NCBI GenBank assembly: GCA_054600435.1
Contig: BAAIJX010000011.1
Coordinates: 496,001 to 560,000, forward strand
Source: Neophaeotheca triangularis
Lineage: Eukaryota
DNA length: 64,000 nt
Reading direction: 5' to 3'
Shown: positions 24,045 through 37,499 of the stretch, in pieces
Layout: each line of letters begins with the position of its first letter
Position numbering within the stretch: the stretch's first letter is position 1
Notes under the pieces: model-generated
Databases searched by the model: none
Seen by the model: only the letters and a program-made list of their open reading frames with translations
What the model was told of the DNA's origin: nothing
Made by a program: the position numbers and the translations under genes

Positions 24045-24474
24045 GGTATTCATGTAGTTAGTGTTGTCAAGCTGGGTGGCTAGTACACTCTCTAGGTAGT
24101 ACCTAACCTAAGTTTGGAACATCGTGCTACTTGGGAGGGATGGTTCAAGCCTCTAATGTCATGTCATGCCCAGCTTGGTTGCAGCTGTCGGATATGGCGG
24201 TATAAATATCCATTGTCCATGTTCGTGTAGCACTACTGTAGATGACGATAGGAGTTTTATTACTGCTAGCCAGCCCAGCCGGCAACCCGACCAACCCGAC
24301 ATCCAGCCCAGCGCGCGTAGAGGCGCTTCTCGGCTAGGGCCGCGTGCGCGAGCTTCACCTACACAGATATGCACAGTAGTACATACAGCTCCCTCGAATT
24401 TGTTTCGTCCATAGCAACGGGCATCCATTGATGCTATAGCCTCGTATTCCTATACCCTCCTATTTGTCGCCGAC

Positions 24475-27400
24475 ATGGAGAGAACCGAGTACCCAAAGCT
24501 GCTGGTATGATATGGCCCCTCGATACATACAATACGCATGCAGTCATGTAATCGTTGCAACCCTGCTGACATCCGGCCTCACAATGCATAGGCTTCGCTC
24601 CAGCCTAGCCAGGCCGTCGACGTCTTGAGCGAGCGTGTGAGAGAAGTAGGCAAGCTCAATACCGACCTCGCCGACTGGCTACAGGTATCATTCAACCTCT
24701 GGCCCCAGCAAAGCATGGCGCAGTTGCGCTTACCGCGCACTTCTACAGGAACGACGGAAGCTGGAGGAGATATATTCTACCGGTCTACGGAAGCTTTCGC
24801 GAAAGCAGCTGGACGGCGTTGACTTGGGGTACGGCTTGGGCTCTTACCTTCCCCAACCCACGCGTATAACATGTACTGAGAACTAGCAGCGTCTTCGCGT
24901 CGCCATGGAACAGTCTCACCACCTCGTGCGACGAGCTCGCCGAAGCCCATTCCGCCCTTGCCAGCAAGATCGAAGTCGATGTCGAGCGGCCTCTGCGGAA
25001 TTTCGCATCCAGCAATCGCGAAATGCAAGCCATGTCGACCGTCCAGGGCAATCTGAGGGCCATTGCGAAAGATGTCGACAAGGCGCAGGAAAGGCTTGAT
25101 AAACAGAGGGCCAAGGGCGAGCGGCCAGATACTGGCCGGGCAGCTACCACTCATTCAGACATGGAGAATGCACAGAACCAGTGGCAGTCGCAAGCACCTT
25201 ATGTCTTTGAGAATCTGCAGGCTGTGGACGAGGCGCGACTTAATCATTTGCGCGACGTCCTCACGCAGTTTCAGACTCACGAGGTTGATTCGGTGGAGAA
25301 GAGCAGGGTTACGGCGGAGAGCTGTCTAAACATCTTATTGAACGTAGAGACCGCCGATGAGATCAAGGCCTTCGCCATTCGGGCTTCAGAGGGCAGGCCT
25401 CCACCGTCTCGGGAGGCAAGTGCGCCAATGAGGTATCCCAACGCCGGGCCTAGCTCGTCGAACGTTGATCTGCCAGGTGAAGAAGTATCTCGACAGCGAT
25501 CCGAGTCGGCGCAGCAGGAGAAGCCAGAGAAGGAAAAGAAGGGTGCTTTCAAGGGTTTGAAGCGTTTGGGTACAGTAATGGGCCGGAAAAGAGAGAGCAA
25601 AATGCCTTCCCAGCTACCTGCGGTATCTGACTCGCCCGAGAGGAAACAGGGCCGGCCGTCAGCCTTCAACTCCTTTTCCAGCCGCTTGGGCCGAAACCGA
25701 GACACTCAGATCCTTGAGCCCCCGGCGGAATCTCCGGCTTCAAAGAGACCGAGCTCCCCCCTCCGTATGGGCAGTGAAGCGATGGAGCCGCCACAGCAAA
25801 GTCAGGAAATGCCGAGTCCTCAAGCGCGAGATGTCAACGAGAGGGTCAATGGCACCTCTACAATGCATGAGAATATGGCACCCTCCACATTTGCACCAAT
25901 ACCCAGCGCAGGCCATCAGGGTGATCTAGCAGATCTTGATCCTCCCAAGGCAAGCCCACCTGCTGCGGCCGCCGAACCAGATAACGAAGGCTTTTCCTCC
26001 CCCTCCCAAAGCCTTGATCCTATCACTCAAGCACAACAGGAAGCCGCTGCTGCCGAAGGAAGCCAGCCTCAATTCAATGTCAACATTCGCAATGCTCCCA
26101 TACAGGAAGAGGGAAATGATGCAGACACAGCACTTCAAAGTATGGCGCAAAAGCTGCAGATGGTAAGTGTATCCTTGGCTACGCCAACACTTTTTTTTTT
26201 GGCACTAACATGTTGCAGCAAGCGCCTCCACCGACCCAACGCAAGCTTGGTACTGTTCGAGGGCGCCGGGAAGCCCGGAATAGTGCCTATGTCTCGGCTG
26301 ATCAACAATCTCAGATCTCTAGTACTCCACCAGTGGCATCTCCTTCCGCCGAGGCGCCTACTTCGCCCCCTCCAGTCGAGAGCTCTGCTATACCGGAAGC
26401 GCCTGAATCACCGCAAGCGGACAAGAGCGTACAATCGCCTAGCCTTCCTTCCCCTGATGCAACGCCTCAGATAAAGGGTGGATCTTTTCCGATCCCGCTC
26501 ACAAGCGGAACGCCTGGAGCAGACACACAACCGCATCCGACCTACCGTCCAATGTCGCCACCAAAGATGCTCAGTTCTGATAATACGGGTGGTGACAATC
26601 AGTCTATCCGCTCTGGGCGATCGCTAAGCAGCACCACCAGTCAAGCCGCCCGGCATCCAGATCTGCACGAAACTGGCCTGAATACGTCTATCATCGAGAC
26701 AGTCAGCAGCCGTTTCGAAAACGGGCAGATTGCCAGCTCATCCGTCATCGGCGAAGTAGCACTGGCCTACAACGCAGCCAGTTTCTCAACGCCCTTTGGA
26801 ACGGACACGATTCGCCTTGACAACTTCGCAGGACTCGACAAAGTAGCCCCCAACCCCGCCTTCATAACGCAAACCCCCGGCAAAGACGGCGAATACAACG
26901 TTGATCTCTCGAGCCTGTCGCGCACCCAAGTAGCTTTCAAGTACCAGGTGCGCGTCGAAGACGCCAACGCCATGGCACCCCTTATCATCACCCCTGCTTT
27001 CCGCATCGAGCCGACTCAAACCTCCGTCATCGTCAGCTACTCCCTCAACCCCAATCTCAACCTCGCGGGGCGCGAAACTCTCACGCTGTCCAACGTCATG
27101 CTAGGCATCACTCTCGAGGGCGCGAGAGCTTCTTCGTGCCAGTCCAAGCCCGTGGGCACGTTTGCTCGCGAGAAAAATCTCATCTTCTGGCAGCTGGGTG
27201 ACGTGACTCTGAAACCCGGCGCGGCGCCTGAGAAACTGCTGGCGCGCTTTGCCACTGATGTCGAGGCGAAGAATGGGAGCGTGGAAGCCAAGTGGGAGAT
27301 TGGTGGCGGCGACGCGCACGGGCTTGGTAGCGGTTTGACGATTAGCGCGCAGGGTCAGGATAGCGGTGCTGCGGATGGCGCGGACCCTTTTGCCGACGAA

Positions 27401-27487
27401 GATGCGAATGGTGGTGGTGCTGCTGCGTGGAAGAATGTGCAGGGTGTTAGGAAGCTGGTCAGCGGTAATTACATTGCAAAGCGCTGA
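24475..27487 (+). CDS. SYP1: Muniscin Syp1/FCHo endocytic adaptor (F-BAR plus mu-homology domain); introns 24505-24591, 24685-24748, 24829-24889, 26163-26218
   Basis: MERTEYPKLL|ASLQPSQAVDVL...DLADWLQ|ERRKLEEIY (FCH), low-complexity linker, muHD (GLNTSIIETVSSRFENG, GEVALAYN, RKLVSGNY). Confidence 0.88.
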
Positions 27488-27849
27488 GTGCTGATTTGAA
27501 GAGGCTGGCCGTTTGTACATGTAGGGAGTGTGCCTGTTATATATTCTTGTATAGGATGAGAGGATACTCTCTGATTCGAGCGAAATGCATATTTTACGTC
27601 GAGATGGCGGACTTGGTGAAATATCTCTTTCCTATTCGTTCTAAGCGATATTCGAGAGCTTTGGTGCCCCATCCAGGCAGGTGTCAAAGCTAGGAAGGAG
27701 GTAGGGAAGGCAATCCCTGTCATAAAACTCGTGTATCCGCTTGTCGTGAAGCCCTCAAGTCGGCGCCGTGCTATCTATGCTCCGCACTAAACCACAAAAT
27801 CAACGCTCAACGCCGCTCCACGTTACTGTCGTCCCCATGGTTGTTACCA

Positions 27850-29515
27850 TTAAAGGTCAATGATGAACTCCCAAATCCCTGTTGCATGGTCAGCACTTGT
27901 CGTCGGAAAGCTCGAATTAAATAGGTGAACCACTCACCATCTTTCAGCTTCTTCGCCGTGTCATCCAGGAGAATGACCCGTCGCTTGTTGCAGTACGACG
28001 TCTTGTCCATCATTTCGACTTTGAGACCTGCAAGCTGGTCTGTGGGCTTCTCAAACATCTCCGACAAGTTCTCGACGGCCATCTCCAGGTCCTTTTGGTT
28101 GTCTTCGAAGAGGTGGGTTTGGTTGTTCCGGTCGAGGTAGAATGCGAATGCGTACGTCCATTTCAGAGTCTGTCGACACGTCTGTAGCGCCTGGGAGGCA
28201 TGCTCCAGAAACTGCACCTCGATCCAGCTGAGTCCGGAGGAAGATTGAAGCAGGGACATCTTCTTCTCGGTCTTGTGGAATATGTCCTTGTCCAGCCGAG
28301 CCGACTGCTCGTGGTTGGCATAGCGGTTATAGTAGTGCAGGTACCTCTCCAGACTTTGCCGGCTCTTTGCTTGTGCGTCTCTGGCGCTAGTGCCGCTCTT
28401 CTCCTCAAAACGGTTGCAGTTGTACCAACTCGTGCCGTGTTCTGACCACACCCCCATGCACATCCAGCAAAACTCGTTTCTGCACTTGCGACAGGTCATG
28501 TGGTTGCACCCTCCATTCTTCTCAATTGTCGAGCCGCATTTGGGACACTCTTTCGTGTTGGCTGAAATCCAATTCGCTGTTTCCGAGTCGTCTTCGCATT
28601 TCTTGAGCCATAGCTTGACGAGCGAGCAGGGCGTCGGTTGATGATCGTTTAATGAACATCCGAAACAGAAAGTGTGTTTGCAGTTGCAGGAAACCGTCGG
28701 AACAACCTTGTTAAGATCCTTATTCTTGACACCGCACTCAATAGCGTAGATGCAGTTGGGAGCGGGGCACCACTTCAAGTTGTCCTTGTCGTCCACGTAT
28801 GTCCGCATGAGCAGCTCCTGGTAGCGATCCTTGAGGTCTTCGGTGACCAGTAAGTCCAGCGACTTCGAGTCGACAATCCTGCCACAACCGTCTCCCGGGC
28901 ACTTAATCCGTGCCGCTTCGCCCTCGTCTTTGATCTTTTGTGAAAGGTAGCGACGATAGCAGTCGACGCAGAATCGATGGCCACATTTCATAGCGAAGCT
29001 CAGAAGGGTTGGATCATCGTCGCAGCAGATATCGCACACGAAGCCCTCTATCGTTTCTGTCCGAGGCGGTCCCGAGATATCCTGGCCCAGGCCTGACTTA
29101 TCCAGCGTCTCTTCTTGATTGTCCATGTACGTCTCGATGAGGCGTTCTTTGTTCCAGCGAGAGTGCCGTAGCAAAATGGCTGTGCTTTCCTTGGGCTGTT
29201 CCAGCAGGGTTGCCACCTCATCGATCTGCTTGTCCTGGTATTGCTGTATGTCGCCCGGGCTGTACACTTTATGGTCGACTTCGAACGCTTTCTTGCTGGG
29301 CTGAAGCTCTTTTGAGGTGGCTGCGAATGCATCGTCTTGAAACTCATCCATGTCGACATCGGAATCTGACGTTGAAGTTTAGCTCTAGCTCAGTTGGCAG
29401 GCAGTTTGCGCAGATTGGCCTCACCCGCTCCTAAATCCACACTGCTGGCATCCTCGTCTTGGCCAAAGTCCTCGATGCTGCTGCCGCCCAGGCTGATGTC
29501 GTCGTCAGAATCCAT
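27850..29515 (-). CDS. HEL1: Ariadne-family RBR E3 ubiquitin ligase (ARIH1/Hel1-like); introns 29366-29424 and 27879-27937
   Basis: Acidic N-terminus, RING1 CDICC...CGHRFCVDC, IBR WCPAPNC, RING2 CPKCGSTIEKNGGCNHMTC, Ariadne domain LERYLHYYNRY. Spliced C-terminus DGIWEFIIDL*. Confidence 0.92.
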
Positions 29516-30254
29516 GGCTTTGTCCTCTGAGGCGAGAGTCTGAGGGGTCGCCGGCAAGGCGGCTTCGTTGTCGTTGGAATTGTCCTCTTTTATCCTACTC
29601 GCCTTGCGAGGCGGTTGACCTGCTGTGCGAGTTAAAAGAGGGGGATTTGTGGTATCAAGCTTGCGCTTGTTGGAGGGAGGCGTGGTGGTGGATGCGATGG
29701 CTGCCTCGCCTTATGACGAAGCCAGCCGAGAGAGGTGACGGTATGGAGTGGCCGGATTCGGCGTTGAAAGAGCGACGAGGCTGTAGGTCGAGTTGGGAGA
29801 CGGTAAGTCAATAGGAGTGCGGCAAGAAGTGAGTAGTTGCTTTGTAAAAGACTTGAAGACTGGAGGAGAGGTGGTCACGGGTGGTGTACACCTTAGGTGA
29901 GATTAGGTAAAGGACTGTAAGGTAAGTTATGTTATTAGAGGCAGTTCTGTACCTGGGTACGGTACGTACTGTATGTTCCAGCAACTTCACGTCGGCGTCG
30001 GCATCGGCGTCGGTGTCAGTCTCACCTGGGCGCGTTACTAATTGTGGTGGGGGCTCCCGTCCGGAAACGGAAACACCCGGCTGGTGACCCGTGGCCCGTG
30101 CACGTTTCACCGGATCACGTGTACCCTCCAGGCTCATCACAAAGAAATTACCACCTACCTAGGTAGGGATTTGACTGCTTGCAGATTACTTAGCGCCTCA
30201 CGCGAAGTCCGCGTGCCTAGGTGGCTAGCCTGCCATGAGACATCTGACGGTCGC

Positions 30255-32598
30255 TCAATCGGACTCAGAATCATCGCTCTCCTCCTCGTCCGAATCGCCC
30301 ACTAATGCCTCCACCAAAGGTTGCGTCTCCTTCCGCACCTGCAATAGCTCCTCGCTGGCTGAACTTCTCGGGTCCTCCCACCATTGCTCAAACCCCTCTG
30401 CTTCCACGAGATCGTTCGTCGCCAGCGCATTGCACGCGAACAGCAAGACCTTTTCCCCGAGCTTCCTGTGAACTAGGTCCGTTTGCATGAACAGCACGAA
30501 CTCGACCTGTTCAGACTTGTCCTCTTCGTTTTGATCGAGCACGCATTTTTCCACCAAGAGCTTGTTTGGTGGTATCGTCTTGCTGACCGCTTGCTGCGGC
30601 GTGGAGCCGGATTCCATTAAGCTGGCAACGCGCTTCATCATCCCCACTGCGACTGAGCGCCGCACTTGCTTGCCCTCTGCGTTGCTGCTGAGTGTGAGAC
30701 CCTTGAGCTCAATCTGGATGTTGTCGGGATCTTGGCCTTTCTGCAGGGCATCGAAAATGCTCGCTGAAGCTTCATGATAAAAGTCAGCCGCAGCTTTCTG
30801 GGCGCCGGTGCTGTCATCGGATCCAATTGAAGTGAAACTGCCGCTGCGAGACGATGCCTCGTGTTGTGGATGCTCCTCGTCGTCTTCGTCTTCCGAGTTC
30901 AAGGTAGATATCGATTCCGAAGATAACGACATATCCGCCATGTTGTAGACTGTTACCGTTAGCGTTGGGTCTCACAGACCACGAGAATCGTGCGGCTTAC
31001 TTGTGCGTGTCGGTAAAAGTCCCTCAGGCTGCTCGTCGTCGTCATCCTCTTCTTCCATTTGAAGCTCGAAGCCAACACCTCCGTGACCGACTACCTTTTC
31101 ATCCGACTCATTCTCTTCCGCGCCCACGTTCTCTTGACCTCTCTTGCGTTTCAGTCGAGTGATTCTGCTCGTTCCTTGCACGGCGATGTTGTCGGCGATC
31201 TTGACTCCGTATGAAACAAGAGCGCCTGGCATGACCTTGCAACCTCTACCAATGGATGCTTCGTTTGCCACGATTGCTCTCTCCACTGTTGTATCGTCTT
31301 CTATCCGCGCATCGTCCCATATGTAAGCTCCATCGATCTTTACTCGCTTGCCTATCACACACCGTCTGCCAATGACGCTGTTGGATATGACAGTCCCATC
31401 GCCCACCGACGTTGCCTTGCCGAGTACGCTTCTGCCCTTGATCACGCTTGACCTCGCCAAAACTACACCATCTTCCTTGTAGGTACTACCTTTCAACAAC
31501 TGGTAGGATTGGCTGGAAACGAGATTGCTGTCTGGACAAAGCGGGTAAGACCATCGGGAGAGGACGTCCTTGCTGACAGCATCGTAAGCCTGCAACGTCT
31601 TGACCCTAGCGGCATAGTGGTCTTCAATGATGTGCGTGTGGATTGTGAGGCCGTTCAGCTCGTGGTCTTTGAGGACACCATGAAGAAAGCCGCGGCGTGG
31701 GGTCTCCCAGTCAAATCCCTCGCTCCACTGGCCCAAAACCGCAGGCGTACAAATATCAATCCCGCAATCAATCAGATCCTGGCGCACCTCGACTTCGGTG
31801 TGCTCGGCAAGAATCTCGGGTTCCAAGTTCAACCTGGGGTTGCGCTGTTGCGGTCGCATCTGCTCGTAGTGGAGGCAACGGTCGTGTTCCGGGTCGACCA
31901 CAAAAACTGGCCTGGCGTTTTGCGATTTGGTTCTGTTCTGTTCACCGCCTTCACGAAGCAACATAGTCATAATGGCCTTCTTATCCTTCTCGCGTCTGGC
32001 ACGATGCGCCGCAAGAGCAGCTTCCATAGGCACGTTGCTGATGACATCGCCGTATACACATAGGAAGTCGCCCGTGAAGATTTCCTTTTGGTCAAGATCC
32101 CTCATAGCGTCGCCAATTGAACGAGATGTCGAGCGGACGATTTCCAGACTGAAAGGTGAAGTATCCTTGGTCCATTTCGAGTTCCTGTAATGTCAGTATA
32201 ATACTCAGAATTTATATGAGTAAAATAGCGTACTTGATGTATTCTTCAACTTGATCTGTGTGGTTGCCACAGTAAACGTAGACCTCCTCAACTCCCGCAC
32301 TAGCGAGGAATTCGCACGTGTATTCGATCAAGGGCGTGTTGGCAAGGGGCAGCAGACACTACCCAAGTCAGCAACGGCACTCACATGAAGGTCATTCTGA
32401 CTTACTCTTGGGCGTTCGAGTGTGAACGGCGCGAATCGGGTCTCATAGGAATCTGCCAATATCTGAACAATGGTTAGCAGCATGACTCAGGATGCAAAAA
32501 ACCCAGAGTTGACGCACGAGGGCTTGCAGGGGCTCTTCCCTCTCTTCGTCCGCAGATTTGCCTCCACCGTTTCCGCCCTTCTTTTGTTTGGGAGCCAT
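30255..32598 (-). CDS. GCD6: Translation initiation factor eIF2B epsilon subunit (about 4 introns)
   Basis: EEPLQAL|ILADSYETRFAPFTLERPR|CLLPLANTPLIEYT, DAMRDLD, left-handed beta-helix hexapeptide repeats (IGRRCVIGKRVKI), C-terminal W2/HEAT domain (FEQWW). Confidence 0.93.
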
Positions 32599-33147
32599 CT
32601 CAGAGTCACGTCCAGTTATTGGTATAAGAGCGTTCCGTATGTGAAGCGAAGCGAACTTCAGCAATAATGTAGAAGCGGACGGCTTTTTGCGCACAGGCCA
32701 ATGCACGGCCGCTCCCGCTCTGCTACTACACACAATACCTTACATAGTAGATCATAATGTACCCTGGGTAGAACACTACAGGAGAGTAAGGGAAGAACAC
32801 AGCTTCGCATGGCAGCGCTTCTCGCAATTCAATCTCAGTCATCATTTCGTGCGTCTATCAACCGGAGGAGCCGTAGCTAGCGCCCTTTATTTTACAAGCC
32901 GCTGGCGGTGTTCTCAAAAGACACTGCACTCGCCGTGTTCCCCCCAAGCTATGCCTCCAGCCATCGGAGACGGACTGAGGGCTACTGGGCTGCTACGAGT
33001 ATAGCTCTTTGCCCTGAAGCTTACCACAGTGGGTCTCAGTGGCTCGGGTCAGAGATCTCCTGTAATCTCCCACAGCATCGTGCTCGCAGCCGGCTGATAG
33101 CGATAGCATTCACTCAGTTCTTCTGTGTCCAGGCGGAACGCTTCCTT

Positions 33148-35362
33148 TTACCGTGGTGGTCTCTGCATAGGGTGCTGCATTTGATTCATCTGAGGGCCCA
33201 TCTGCGACTGTCCAGGACCGTACATCGGACGTTTTGGTTCGCTGCCCATGTCGGCGCCCCCAGAAATGTCGGAGATATTCCGCCTGTGGTTTGGAGCGCC
33301 CATGGTGCCTTGTCGAGGGGGGGCGCTCATCTGCCCGCTAGGTGACGTTTGGTACATTGGACCTTGGCCATGTTGCATACCAGGCTGCATTCCATACCCG
33401 GGCGGTGGCCCGTTCCCATGTACTGCCGCCATGTAGGGGTCATCATTCGCGTTACTTCCGGAGGGGGAGGCACCTGTCATGTTACTGGGCGAGTTCCAGC
33501 TGCTCATAGCAGCGGGGGAGGTCGCAGGAGAGTCTTCGCTCTTGAAGCTGCGTTTCGCGGAGACAAGGTGTTGGGATTGAGGTGGTTCTAAATGCTCCAT
33601 CCCTAGAGGTTGCTTCTTCAGGTGTCCGAGGTGCTTTTCGAGCATGCTGAGAAGACCTTCTTTCGTAAATGGTTTGGGAAGGACATCGTTCATTCCGTGC
33701 GAAAAGTACATTGATATGTCGTCGCTTCGAATATTCGAGGTCATCGCGACAATCGGCGTAGCATCGAATTGACGGATCAGGTGGGTTGCTGAAACGCCGT
33801 CCAGGTTCGGCATGATGATGTCCATCAGAATGAGGTCGTACTTGGCTCCTGCGTTCATCTTGTTGACTGCTTCCAAACCGTCAAGCTGCAAAACGTTAGC
33901 ATAGTTCCAGGTCAGTACTTCGGATGCTGTCTCACTTACCGCGCTATCGATAGAGCAATGGAAAGCATAAAGAAACTTGCCACCAATGCGTCTGCATGTT
34001 TGGTCGTCTTCGACAAGTAGAATCTTGGGCTGCCGTAGCCAACCAGGGTCAATGGTTGTGCTCTTTTTACGGCCTTCTGCTGCGGCTTGCATGATCCCTT
34101 CCTGGGGTTTGGGAGGCATCGGGTAGGGGATGTTTGGTAGATGCTCGCTGAATGTAGGATCGATGCCATTCGTGTTTCCGATGGGGTATACCATGTTGTC
34201 CAGTTCTCCGTAGGACATGGAGGTAGAGCTGGAGGCCGAGTGAGGCGCCGCGCCCCTGCTTGTAGACCGAGCTCCGTTTCGCAATGCCATGTCTGGCGGA
34301 GGCGTAGTAAGCGCAGCATTGTGGCGCAATGATGCCTCGTTCATGTGTTCTAGATTACGCGGGTTTAGTATATGATCGGCGTTGACCTCGCTGAGGAGCT
34401 TCGATGCGTGTTGCAAGGGTGATGCTGGGGTATCGTCGTCTACCGGTGGCTGCCTGGATGCCTCTGGTCCGGGGGTTGCGGCTCCCTCGGCCGTCCCATT
34501 GGTTGGTGGCGCGAAAGGGTTTGCGACTCGACTCTCTCTACGCCTTTGCGCATCCACCGAGTTCAAGAAATTCATAACGTAGCCCATGACGTGCTCGTGG
34601 TTTACAACCGTCTTCTGCACGCCAATCAGTTCCTGGAGCAGCATTGAATGATGCATGCTGAGCTCATTGTATCTCTCTTGGAGCTGCTGCAGCTGCTGCT
34701 GCGTAGCCACTAGCTGCGTGTTGAAAAGGTCCATCTGCTGAGTAGGGATCATGTCGTCGGCGATCTGATTTGGCCGTCTCGGTGCCGGTGCTTTTCGCCT
34801 GATGTTATCGAGCGCCTCTTTATTGTTCATCTTGAAATCCGGGTGCTTGAATTCCCATGCCTGCGATTACGATCAGCATCTGCCTGTGTCCGCGCGGTCC
34901 CTGTTGACAAAACCTACCCCTGCGCCATACTGTGAAGTCCCCCCATCTTCATTATTATGCCGTACTTTGTGAAAGTCGTATTTGTTGAGCTGCCTCACGA
35001 AACTGGCAAAGTTGCTGTGCTTGAAATGTTTCGGAAGGATATGTTTCGTGAACTTCTCATTCTGCTTATTGTCAGCGCCGGGCATGAAACGGGACCCAAC
35101 AGAGGTATGCTTACCTCCAACACAACAAAACTGTCGCCCTCGTTACCCCACCGTACTACGCTTGTGTCCGAGGGATTCTCCAACATCCTGCAACTGTCAG
35201 TACTTTTGCGCGCGCGACGCGTTACCAATAAGCGCAACATACTTGTAGAGTTTGCGGACCTGGCCAAAGTGTCAGCTGCATGATCCACGTTGATGGCCGG
35301 GAGCGCCGTGATAGACCTACAAAGTCGCTCGAGTTGTTGGCAGAGCCCGCGTTTCCCTCCAT
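33148..35362 (-). CDS. SKN7: HSF-type DNA-binding plus receiver-domain response regulator Skn7/SrrA/Prr1 (5 introns, including a 17-nt microexon at 35243-35259)
   Basis: NSSDF|VRKLYK|MLENP...[47 protein letters not shown], coiled coil, receiver ILLVEDD...[13 protein letters not shown]...LPKPF. Confidence 0.95.
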
Positions 35363-35962
35363 GGTGCGCGGGGGTTGACTCGACGTGCCCTCGCAAGGGT
35401 GTGGTGTGAGCGATTGGCGGCCAGGTAGTGAAGGCTATGGCAACTTGTGCACGATAGACGCAAGCATTCGGAGCGAGGGACGGTGCGCGTGGGGGTGGAG
35501 GTGGTGATGGTGAAAGTGCTTGAGGCGCGCAAAGAAGAGAAGTTGAAGTCAAGAAGATGGGGTTGGATGCTCGAGCTGGGCTGAATGCTCGGTAGCGTAG
35601 CCGAGCCGGGTCAATGACTGCCGGCTTTGGATACAACAATACAGTACTATACAGTACCCAAGGAAAGGCAGATATGAAGAGAACTCGATCAGGAGATTGA
35701 TTATTATTCGTTTTATCAAGTAGGTAACGATAGCTTATAGGACGAAGACAGAAGATGCTGCAACAATATTGCTGGCCGGGTTACCAACACGCTCAAATGC
35801 GCCCTAAAACCACGCACGCTAGCTTAACTTATCTTTCATTATTATTGAGCGGGCAAGCTGAAGCATCAAATAACCGGGCTTGGAATGCATGGATGATGAG
35901 CAGGAAAGGCGGAGATTGACTTTCTGGTCGCGCCAATCGATCCGATCGGGAGGCATGCCACA

Positions 35963-36010
35963 ACTACTACCTACAACTACTACTACTACTATAGTATTAG
36001 TACATAGTAG
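35963..36010. repeat. (CTA)n / TA-rich low-complexity tract in the SKN7-peroxiredoxin intergenic region
   Basis: actactacctacaactactactactactatagtattagtacatagtag. Confidence 0.8.
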
Positions 36011-36693
36011 TTAAGTTATGGTACCGCGTTTTCAAATGCAATGAAATCTAGTGACGGCGACTTGGTGTAAACATACTAGCATGGATGATCATCGTATCTA
36101 TTGGCCCAAAAAGGTGCTGGTTTGAGCAAGCTGTCATACTACCTAGTAGTAGGTATGTAAAGTATATAAGTTATAGGCGATGCCGTGGATGGTAGCCGCG
36201 CCTAATAATGGAATGTCCATCCTCGCAGGATGCTACCTACCTACAGTACTAGTAGTCTAGTACTTCGACCTACCACCGCCCCATTAGTTCGAGTTCGTAT
36301 TCACCCAAGTCTTGCTCCGCGGCTGTTGCTGTATAGCAAGGCCTTGTTTAAATGGAAGCGAACATGCAGCCATGCCGCGCTACGGGTGCCGCAGCCATCC
36401 GTCGCTCATACATGTGAGGGATCTTCCAACGCACTGCGTGCGGCCTATAGCGTGTTGTCCTCCTCGTAACCGAAAATCCACCCTAACACTAATACCTAAA
36501 TCATCAATGCAATGCGTGTTGGGGCTCACGTGATGCGGCGCACGCTAGGCTCTGGAAAGGAAAGCCCGCCCCACCACGTCGGAGGTCCACGAACCGCGTG
36601 GGCAACTCCAAAGTCAATACCTGCTAACCACATTGGCCATTTCACCTATACTACCTAACCTATACTAGCTACCTGATTCAACCAATATCCATC

Positions 36694-37349
36694 ATGTTTG
36701 CCGCACGCCGATTCGCCGCCGCCGTTCCAAAGACTCCAGTTAGGGGCTTTCGAACAACAGCACCTGCTTTTGTGCAGAAAGGCGACGCTGTGCCCGACAT
36801 CCAGCTGGTTGAGGGAAGCCCCGGCAACAAAGTCTCCCTGGGCCAAGAGCTTCAAGGCAAAGGTCTGATCATTGGTGTTCCGGGCGCCTTCAGTAAGTCA
36901 CCGCGTTCCAAGCTCGACAAGTCTTCTACATTTACTGACTACCTTTCCTTTCAGGCCCGGCTTGCAGCGAATCCCATGTCCCTGGTTACCTCAACTACAA
37001 GGGCCTCAAGGACGCCGGCAAGGTCTTCGTCGTCAGTGTCAATGACCCGTTCGTCATGAAGGCTTGGGGCACAGCGCTTGACCCTCAGTCCAAGAGCGGA
37101 GTAGGTACTTTATTCTCAATCACGTCGAATACCACTAACGTAACTCTTCATCAGGTACGCTTCCTTGCGGACCCTCAGGGAGAGTTCACAAAAGCGCTGG
37201 ATCTTGACTTTGAAAGCACAGCAGTCTTTGGCCAGCCCCGCTCCAAGCGCTACGCCTTGAAAATCGAAGGCGGCAAGGTCAAGGAAGCTCACGTCGAGCC
37301 CGACAACACCAGTGTCAACGTCTCTGCTGTTGAGAAGGTGCTTGGGTAA
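36694..37349 (+). CDS. Prx5/Ahp1-family peroxiredoxin with mitochondrial presequence; introns 36893-36954 and 37101-37154
   Basis: MFAARRFAAAVPKTPVRGFRTT presequence, active site GVPGAFS|PACSESHVPGY, VSVNDPFVMKAW, RFLADPQGEF, RSKRYAL. Confidence 0.92.
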
Positions 37350-37499
37350 GGTCTCCTGACGCTTCCGACAGTCATGTGATCCAAGTGAAGATTGTACAAT
37401 AAATCCCAAGTTATTTGAGATAACCAGGACTCTGGGCGCCACAGATGAAAGGGCAGGTTGTATCGACCGATACAACTAGCTTTGTTTACCATACTAGTA

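Noticed and set aside
27807..27937. Unspliced C-terminal tail of the Ariadne ORF given in the ORF track
   Set aside because: A canonical intron (GTGAGT, CTGAC, CAG; 27879-27937) gives the more plausible end DGIWEFIIDL* at 27850.
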